From the NCBI GenBank assembly GCA_017499595.2, contig CM039003.1, positions 2,728,001 through 2,792,000 of the forward strand: a DNA stretch of 64,000 nucleotides. The letters run 5' to 3'. The translations under genes and the position numbers were made by a program. This document shows positions 54,793-64,000 of this stretch, one piece after another. The notes under the pieces are model-generated. The model made no database searches and was not told where the DNA came from. It saw only the letters and a list, made by a program, of their open reading frames with translations. The DNA is from Psilocybe cubensis (Eukaryota). Numbering within the stretch: the first letter of the stretch is position 1; every line of letters begins with the position of its first letter.

Positions 54793-57167
54793 ACCTTGTC
54801 ACTGGTGTACACACTATCACTCACCTAGGCCGATCAACGCGTCCAGAGCGTTCTCCCAGCAATAGCCCATCCGACTTGAAGGCACGGTAAGCGGATTGCA
54901 TCCTGTTTGTTCAGAATTCCAGTGCTGACCTCTTTACTCCTGCGTCGTGATTGGATCCCCGTAGCCCCTCGAGAGTGGTCTTGCCGGGTGAGGTACTCGC
55001 AGGCTTGCGCAGTATACCAGCAGCTCCTAAAACGCGCCGTCGCTGCGATTTGACCGCCCAACAATGCCCCCGCGTTCCTTCATGCTGCCCCGCCTTGAAA
55101 CACAAGCATGTCAAAGGCCATACAAAGTGTTAGTGTGCTCGACAACCCCATTTTGATGCTGTACTCACCAATGTCATCCATGCCCATAAAGTCACGCTAA
55201 ACACATGTTGCCGACGCGTCCTGTAACCATCTCTGCGCATCCGCCAGTGTCCTGTCCCTGCCGTGGTTCCAGCCTCAAAATACGGCGCGCTGTTCCATGT
55301 TGAAGGGCTTAGAGAGTGTGAGTAGCGCTGACAACCTTCTCTTGATGCCGTACTCACCGATGTGACCAGTGCACCCAGCATAATGCTGTAAACACCTGGC
55401 CGACGATCGATGGAGCGTGTGCAAGATCACACTCAACTGACGCTGAAAAAAGTGATTGGCCGTGACCTGGTTAGTGATTTTTAGCACATTTTGATAAGAT
55501 ACTCACCGACCGCGGTTGCCTATATGCACAGAAAGTCGCTTTGTAGGATCCATGGCTGCACTTTTGCGTGCCGCCTTGAAGAGAACGTGCTCATTTCACG
55601 TTGAAAGGGCTGAAGAAGGTTAGTGATAGGTTACCCTGATTGTGATGCGATACTTACCAGAACATGGAAGATTGCACGATGGCGGAGCTGTTGTGGGTGG
55701 TCAAGGTGGGATTGGGATGGTGAGCAAGGACAGCGGCTGACGTGGGGTGGGATGAGGGTCAAGGACAGCTGCTGGAAGACGTGTCTCGTTGATGGCATTG
55801 ACGGCGGTGTGGGGTTCTGATACTCACATTGTAGGATCGACGTTGTGACGAATGCAAGGTCTACAGTGAGCAAAAAAAGCACAACTAGAAAACATGGTAC
55901 TGACGCACCTTGTCAGCACATCCACCTTGTGACCCCCACAAGAACCGCCAACCCCTCTCAATGTCGACAGCCACCTTGCTCCCCGAGCACAATCTTGATG
56001 CGGCATTGTCGTGTTGGGCAGCATCCAATGTACGTGCACCAGCAGATTACATAGCAGTAGCGTGCAACTGATACTATGCAAGTGTCGACACTGTTCTGGA
56101 TGACCGGCATGTTGGATGATGCAGACCGAGAGGCGAGAGATAGGTCACTGTTCTTGATGACCGGCCAATGACACGATGGAGGGTGCAGACGGAGATGCGG
56201 GAGGGACAGGTATGTGAGTGAATTGTGATGACCATGCGCATGTTGCTTACCCTGTGCAGAACATTCCCCTCGAGTCATGGTTCTGGACAGTAACAACGAC
56301 CTTGCGAGAGTGCCGTCAGAACCCGTGCTCGAGTGGCGGCCCTTCAATCAATCCGACAGAATTTGTGGTGTATCTAGCAGTGACAACAGACCTCCAGAGT
56401 GTCGTCAGAACCCGCGCTCGAGTGTTGACCATCTTGTCAGCCCGAAAGGTGTGTGGTGGTGAGTGACCTCAACGACACGGTAAGCAGACCAAGCCCATAT
56501 ATGCGATCAATGTGACTAACGTACCTGTCCTCTTGTCAACAGTTGTGCTGATAGAATGTGGCAAGATATATGTGAGTTTGACGGGATTGTGGCGGACGCA
56601 GAATGGCAAAGCGAAGACGGATGGAATGAGGACAGAGAGCGGGAGTATGAGAAAGGCACGAGTGAGTGGAGGGATACGTGCCAGCGAGGATGACTGTTGT
56701 GCACGGCGCGATGGGAGGGACAAGCAAGACAAAGGGATGGGAGTATCAGTAGTTCACTAATACACGGCTTCGTCGGTCGCCTTGCAATCTTTGAGTTTGA
56801 TGGGCATTATCCGCCGCCTAAACTGACTTTGCATGCTGTTTTCACACCACAAGTTGCAAGAACCGCTGCCTGACTAGGGCTCACCACCTTTGATAGTGCC
56901 AGAAGGGTGTCACGGGGTCCTTCTCCCAGGAAAATTTGATCCACGATTCCATGTGCTCACACTGCCAACAACAATGGAGATCAAGTTGCAACATTGGACC
57001 ATCTTATATTTGTACCTTCTCCGCTCCATGAAAGTTTGTGGGAAGGGGAACATTCGGACGCGCTTTGACTCATCCCTTTACGCGTCAAAAGCAGACGGAA
57101 ATTCAACAACTTTTCACTAATCTTCAAGCAATCGACAACCAGAATTCTCGTATATCCGACTGCAATC

Positions 57168-58400
57168 ATGACCTTGATCTTTGTCAACCAGGCCGGAGAC
57201 GGTGGTGGGGGTACACAACTTCAATTTTACGAGGCTGGCGACGCGTGAGTGTAGCAGATACTCTGTACGTATTGATAGAGTCTTTAACATTCTCTAGCTT
57301 TTGGAAGGACCTACGATATATACCCTTGCTTCTAACCGGAATTTTCTCCTTCTCCCAGTTGACGCACGCTGTGTGCAGCCGTTTCAAGTACGGAAGGAGA
57401 CCAAATGAGGCAGCCGCGTCAACGGAGGAACTTGGGGGATTTCTTGCAAGGTGGCGCTGGCACATTCATTTACATGGAGGATATGTAATCTATGCGTATA
57501 TGGTTGCTCGTTTGGTGGGTTCGGTCGCGTTACTGTATATTTTCTTTACTACCCGCCATTGCCGACTGCGAGAAGGCCGCTGGGAACAATGGGTGGACGT
57601 TTTTTCCGTTATGTGTTCAGACAGCTCTGACCATTGCACATGTAAGTCGTTAACAAGATCATCTCTCACTCCACGTTTTCTTATCCTATCGTAGGCCTAC
57701 GCGACCTTATTAGCCGTAACAACCTTCTCCCTGAATTTCAGGCCATTAGCTCCAGCCAGATTCCATGTCACCATTCTCTGTTCCATTCTTGCAATATACG
57801 CTTACCGCGATATCTGGCCCCTGGCAAACTATGGCTCAGTTCCAAAAGATCAAGCGGAAGGGAATATCCTCTGGGTTAAGATTGCGCTTCTTGTCGTCAC
57901 AGGAGTGATCATTCCTTTGTTCATACCCCATCCATATGTTCCAGTGGACCCTAAGGTACGTTCCCATCAGATTTTGGCGCGTCAAGGTTCAAACTTCTTT
58001 TTAGAATCCTTCTCCTGTTCCCAACCCCGAGCAAACTGCTTCATGGATCTCAGCATTAACATATACATACGCGGACCCTATTATCATTTTGGCAAACAAG
58101 GTCGCTCATCTTCGACACGACCAGTTGCCACCGCTATCCGATTACGACTTTGCTCAGTATCTTTCGGAAAGCGCTGCCAAGGTATGGTCTTACCATTTGA
58201 ACCCACATATTAGTTATGAATATGGCATAGTATGTCGACCCTTTCGCTGGAGCAAAACGTCGCCATTTGTTTTTTGGCTTGTTAAGCTTTTTCCGTGAGT
58301 TTGAGGCAAATCCTTTCAGTGAACTCTTATAGGAAGAGAATATATAATTATATCTCTCAGTATTGTATTTCACGGGTTAATGAGTTTTGTTGCCCCTCAA
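57168..58400 (+). pseudogene. 5'-only ABCC transporter fragment, copy 2, frameshifted
   Basis: Near-identical to 46341-47587. An extra C at ~57553 (ACTACCCGCC vs ACTACCGCC) shifts the frame, and one intron is shortened to ~38 nt. Confidence 0.85.
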
Positions 58401-58622
58401 GTAAGCGTTAAAAGTTTGATTGTTTTCATCGCTCTCATTATCTGGAAACCCGTCAATTCGGTACCAATTCTTCTGGGTCTTATGTTGTCCACGAGCGCTT
58501 GTCTCGCTTGCTAGTTTTTCTGGCGAGTTTTGACTCGGTAGAGCGTGTTTAGATGATGAAATCTAATTATATCTCAAAAAAACAGCGTAGTCCATACAAC
58601 ACAACACCTTTCATTTATCGTA

Positions 58623-61600
58623 CAAGCAGAGGTTAGCCCCGCCCGAAGGCCAAGCAGGGGCGTAACCGGTCTATCTACTGGTACAAAGACTTACCTCCAG
58701 GCTGTCATTCAGCGACGTGAGTGATATCCTGTAACAAAATGTGAATCAACGCGCATGAACAAGGTAAAACACTCACAAGGTAGTGGGTGCTTCGTGGGAA
58801 CGGGCTCGCGGTCTGCGCAGATGTTGGGGAAGTGGTCGGGTATGCCGTGCACGGGCCATGGACGCGTCGACACGTATGCACAAGTCCTGGCCGTCAGCCC
58901 AGGCAATATCTGCGAGCAACACCATGAGACCGTAAGCACGGCGGGTTGACACAAAGACGGGGGCTTCTCTTGTGTCGCCAACAAGTTCCACGTACTTTGC
59001 GTCATTGCAAAGTGGACTACGTGTCACCTACAATTCCTGTGAGCATATAGAACATAATGTAACAATGAGATACGTACCTTTTAGACACACACTCTTCCAG
59101 CAGACGGCAATACGTCGTGTTGGGGTGCACCCTCTTCTCCATCAACAAGGCTTCTCTTCTCGGAATGCCGTTGCAGCAGAGTGCACGGGCCGTCGACTTG
59201 AACTACATGTCATCTGAAACTGCTGTCAGCATACAGCACACTGAATGTAAGAATATAATACCTACTTTTTAGACATGCATCGTGTCTGGGTGTACCCTGC
59301 CCCACTCTACTCCACCCATTGCGCCGGATTCCCATGTGTGGCGCCCTTGCGTCGGGTTCTGTGTATTTGCGTGTTGAATCCAACACCTAACCCTTGGATC
59401 GACATTCCGACGACACAACTTTGTGACGTGGGACAAGGTGAGCAACTCCTGGACTAGGTGGCGGCGTAGAGCGACTGCCGGATTTTGACAAGTCGCGTCG
59501 AGACACATGCGCAGGTCGGGGGACGTCGATACATAGCGTCAGGCCAATGGATGAGTACTGCTCCATGGGATTGTGGAGTGACACTCTTCATCCCATCCGA
59601 CCACGTAGACCCCAGCCACCGGATTTCGATACATTGTGTCAGGGAAAAATGAGGGGGTATGGCGTCACAGCACAAACGCGTATGCAGCTTGATGGATGTC
59701 GATAACGAGCACAGATTCCGGCCGCCGGATTTCGATACGTTGCGTCAGAGCCAAATGGGACGCGTGCGCGGGTCGGGGGACGCCAATACATAGTGTCACC
59801 TATGAATCCCGACGTATATGTGAGTTTGAGCAGGTCGGGGGACGTCGATACATAGCGTCAGCGACATATGTGTGAGTAGTTGGGAGGCGATAGGCCAGTC
59901 CAATGGTTTTCCTTGTTCAAGAACGCGGAACCCTGGTCGGCGGACGTCGATATGTTGCGTCAGGACATGTATCGCGGGGAATACGAGGTAATTCCACTAG
60001 AAAGCATCAAATAGCATACGGTCAGGGGTGTTAGGTGAAAAAAAGACTTGAAGCATACCTGAGGTTCATAGAGTCAATCTTCAACATATTATGACCGATT
60101 TTTGTGCAAGAAACTATGATAAAGTCAGGATATAATTGAGCAACAGGTAGACATAAACGTACCAGAGACTTATTAGACTCTGCGGAAGCGCAAAAATGCG
60201 CGCTCGGCCTTAATCCCAGTCGCAGAACTTGGAATGACATGAGGAGAGTCTGTGGATAGGTCAGGAAGGTGGGAGAAAAGCGAGAGGGAGGACTTACAGA
60301 GGCGGGATGAGTTCGAATGAAAGGCAAAAGCATGGAGATGGTCGAGTCCTGGATTAGTTTTTCAGTTCTTTGTTTGGCAGGGTCACAGTGTGCAAACATA
60401 CCAAACAGGACACAAGTTGTCATCGTCGGACTTGCAGCTTGCGGATGGCCACAAAGACGCCCAGCATAACGGGCATTATCTGAACAAAGGTATGTTCCTT
60501 TACTCCTCCTTATATACCTTTTTTCTGCCAAGTAATTACATGATTTGTTAGCTTTTGTTGACGCGTCGAGCTCGCGCGTTTCATTCAACAATCTTTGTTG
60601 ATTCAAGGTACACATTCGGTGGTTATGGAGGTATGTTGTATTCTACTCCGGCTGAGCAGTATATCTCCGTGACGTTATCGGATACAGTGCAGCCTATGCT
60701 ATTCGCAGAGTTTACTCCGAAAATCCACAGCTTGAATCATTCACCGCGAGCATCTTTTCTTCCTGACGTTTCAGTTCAAATCTCAAATCCCAGATCCCAA
60801 TATCGACTCCAAAGCATTCTCCCTGCAGTAGAAATACTCTTGGAGGTATGTATATATATTTTTTCATTAGCTCCGGGAGCAACATCAAGGCAACCATTAC
60901 CGCAATTGCAATTGCTCGACTGACGACTTGCTCACAACAGGTCTCTTAACAGGTCTGTCCTTTTTCCTCTACTCAGGCCACTATGTACGCTCAGTAAATA
61001 CTGCAATCAAAGGTCAATCTTCTCTCCATATGTGGTAGAACACCGTCCCATTGCATCTCAATACTTGAAAAACCAGTTTGAACCGGTGAGCAGCGCCAAT
61101 GAATCAGGGCCGTTACATACATTCATTCTAATTTCTGATAGGTTTGCCGATTCCCCGAGCTTCCGAGATCATCACCCTGACCCCAGCTTTTTTTCATCCA
61201 CTGCCACGTCTCTGCCTCTCCCCAATACCCCTACCCATTCTACTACCAGGTCAGATCCTGTGATTTCGACGATTGAAAGCTACTAATCCACTTTTCTCAT
61301 TACAGCCGCAAGAGCATGGTCGTGTCGTCCAAGAGTGGCTCGTTACCGTTTAGATGATTGGCCACATATTTCTTGTCAAGTGAGTGTTCCATCATGCAAG
61401 CAGACCCAAAGGTTCATGCCGACGCGTAGCGATACTCCAGATTCAAAACACCGCTTTGTCTGTCCACTAGAAAGCCGTCGACGCATACCAGCTTTAAACA
61501 ACAGGAATACGCGCAGGAGTATACAATTTCCAACTCCAACAACTTGCTCGCTGATTCCAAGGTCCGTGAGCTGCCTCTTTTTGTGATTTTCCAACTTGAT

Positions 61601-63757
61601 ATCTATCTTTGATAGAACGTCACCCCCCTGAAATTTAGAATTTGATGACGCAATACCAGTTGAGTGTGTTCTCCACCGCTGTTATGGTACAGTCGCTGTA
61701 ATTGTTCCATTTCAGTGAAATCATTACATCTTGGGATCGACCGTCTTTAGGTGGCTGTGGGAACAACATGGACATTGAACGCGAGGAGAAGCCGATGAGA
61801 TTGACCCGCACAAAGTGAGTATTGTTGCGTTACTGGAAAATCCGCATCAGTTTACTTGTCATATCTCTTCGTTTAAGCGGTGCTACTACTTAGGCCGCCA
61901 TTATTACCCGTGTGAGTAAGTCCCCCGCTCTCAGAGTGATGTAACCGCTCCAAATGCCACTCAAATCTCAAGATCTCCGTGCCAGCGTTTACTCGTGCCT
62001 CAATCACTCCGTAACTCGCCATCTCCCGTTCTGAATGCTTGATTTGTCGTCTCGGCAACTCGTCACTGTGGGGACACGTCAAACATAATGACAGTGAGCT
62101 CAGAAATCAAGTTAGCATCGATTCGAGGATATAAACCTACGGTTCAACATAGAATTATTAGCCTTTCATTTTTGACTGTAGCCTTGACGTATGATACCGT
62201 ACTTGACTACAAGAACTCGTACAGTAGTTCTGAGTCGAATTTTTTGACACAACTTGCGGCTATGCGCACTCGAGTAACAAACATATTATTACCTCATTAT
62301 TGTACAATATCCTGGGTTTGCGCTCAAAAAACATAGTAAAACCTAGATACCAATGTAATACACATATGGAATCCTCCAAACAGTCCAACAGATATCGATG
62401 AAAATGTGAATTCTCTAAAAATGGACATGTTTGCCTCAAGTCCCGCCTGACCCATTCGCTAGTTTATTCGCAAAAAAGCATTTCAGATAGACTCCGAGGA
62501 CCCTATAGAGGTAATATATTGTTGGTTCAAACGCACCTGACAATAATACAGCGCCCCATTCATGCTGTGAGCCGAGATAAAAGTGGCACCACATACATCT
62601 CCTCCTCCCCCAAATCACAAAATTACATGACTGCAAACGTTTGCTGCATCTACCCAGCATTCAAACGTTACATAAAGGTACCCGGGACATCCGAAGTCAA
62701 GATGTAAAGAAGCTTGATGAACGTTAATTGAAGTTGAACATGTATCAAAGTGATACATCTGTTTTAGACGTACCTGGGCACTAAACGAACAAATCCGGGT
62801 CCGCGTTGGAGATTCTGGATAAAATCAAGTTACAGTTTGGAAGGATATATGCAAGATAAGATAAATAAACTACTCACACAACATCCAAATGAAAATTGAG
62901 ACTGACATTCGTTAAGCGCCCAAACCGTCTCCGAGACGGTAATCTCGTATATTTCATTCATAGCGACTCTATTTCCTATGAATTCAGTCAGAAAACGATA
63001 CATTGTGAAGGGGTACAGGCTATAGACATGATCTGCAGAGCTACAGCCTTGCTCCATGAATTTTGCAAAGAGGATGACGAGAACAAGGGGATGCCATGTC
63101 ATCCAGCCTTGTCCTCCAGCTCCAAATCCGCGTTTCTAGCGTAAAAAAACGACTTCCTTGCATCTCGGGCGAGCATCACGTCATGCTGTCATCGGTAGAC
63201 ACATGCCGTGAACGTTTGTACGAGATTGGCGGAGACATTTTGAATGCGAGAATTTGTTGAATTGAAGATACGAAGGGTTACATACCTTTCATTTCGCCTC
63301 GATTTTGAGCCTGAACGGCAAATAGACGTTGGATTGAGTGTTCAGGACGCCTTCCAAGTCCAATGTAGCAAAGAGAATGAGTCTAGTACAAGAATTCAAA
63401 ATTTTTTGAATACTCGCCATAATGATTTTCATTGTCCTCCAACTCGTATTTTTCCAAATTCACTGTAATTGCGCATGCATGTGAGCTTAGTATAGCACAT
63501 GGTAGTAATACTTACCCATTCTATCACGATTACAGCCCACAGACAAACGTTGGACTCGACAACGTACTCGAAATGCCAAGTAACCCAGGCTTCTCCTCCT
63601 GCCCCATTTCGCCGTTTCACGACATTCCAAACGCCGTCTCTTCTGGAACACATGTGAGTATCTCTACATCTCACCATATGCATCCGGATGACGTGAGTTG
63701 GAATGCTAGGTAGATGGTTAATTAGTAGACTCGAGATTGAAGGGGAATGAAGGCACA
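58623..63757 (-). mobile_element. Putative Helitron-like element, second copy, 3' end at 58623
   Basis: Same hairpin + CTTG|T end as at 47810 (plus strand TACAAGCAGAGGTTAGCCCCGCCCGAAGGCCAAGCAGGGGCGTAACC). Confidence 0.4.
59320..59990. repeat. Second copy of the GACGTCGATAC minisatellite, with different unit order and number
   Basis: GGTCGGGGGACGTCGATACATAGCGTCAG at ~59514 and ~59833; CCGGATTTCGATACGTTGCGTCAG at ~59725; others degenerate. Confidence 0.78.
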
Positions 63758-64000
63758 CATCAGCAATACCGGGGCCAAGTAGGTAATGATCCGTAGTGAT
63801 ACGTAATTCTGTAGTGCCCATAGTAACGGTCCCATTTGGGTAACACACACTGATGTACCTGTAGCTTGGTACCAACGCTGTCATGGTATCTGTATTGTAA
63901 CGCGAGTGCTGTGTAGCGGCGTGTAGCATGCTTACCATCCATACCCCTCTGTATACAACTGACATACAAATTGTAGCATACTACCACAGATTTGTAGCAT

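Larger units (their letters stand above)
56752..63757 (+). repeat. Segmental direct duplication, copy 2 (partner 45738-53138)
   Basis: Colinear with copy 1; the terminal ~580 bp (63180-63757 vs 52560-53138) are nearly identical. Confidence 0.92.

Noticed and set aside
54479-54815. Solo LTR (TG start, TATA box, CT-rich tract)
   Set aside because: No convincing terminal inverted ends with a matching target-site duplication and no second copy in the window.
60031-60615. 194-aa minus-strand ORF as a real gene
   Set aside because: The homologous region in copy 1 is broken into shorter ORFs, and there is no recognisable domain.
47810-63757. Autonomous transposon (Rep/helicase, transposase, reverse transcriptase)
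   Set aside because: No long ORF or recognisable catalytic motif in the ORF track or by eye.
63760-64000. Start of another repeat element (TGTAGCAT motifs) at the duplication breakpoint
   Set aside because: Truncated by the window edge; too little sequence to support a call.

Overview
Intron-rich fungal DNA, most likely from an agaricomycete basidiomycete (short ~50-nt introns, micro-exons, FunK1-type kinases). Left part: two tandem minus-strand ABCC/MRP-type ABC transporter genes separated by a ~590-bp TIR MITE, then an F-box gene. Middle: six fungal-type (FunK1/Pkinase_fungal) kinase paralogs, three on + and three on -, facing inwards around two single-copy genes (a TRIR/C19orf43-like small gene and a Pro-rich Bbc1/Aim3-like gene). 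The kinases are mosaics of shared sequence modules, and a decayed F-box copy lies among them. At 44.0-44.8 kb is an ~810-bp non-coding element: imperfect terminal inverted repeats, a telomere-like CCCTAA tract and 12 palindromic repeats at near-exact 35-bp spacing with variable spacers. The right 18 kb is a ~7-kb direct duplication. Each copy holds a 5'-only ABC transporter fragment next to a putative Helitron-like 3' end and a complex minisatellite. No transposase, Rep/helicase, cas or RNA genes were recognised. Exon boundaries and start codons were read by eye and are approximate.
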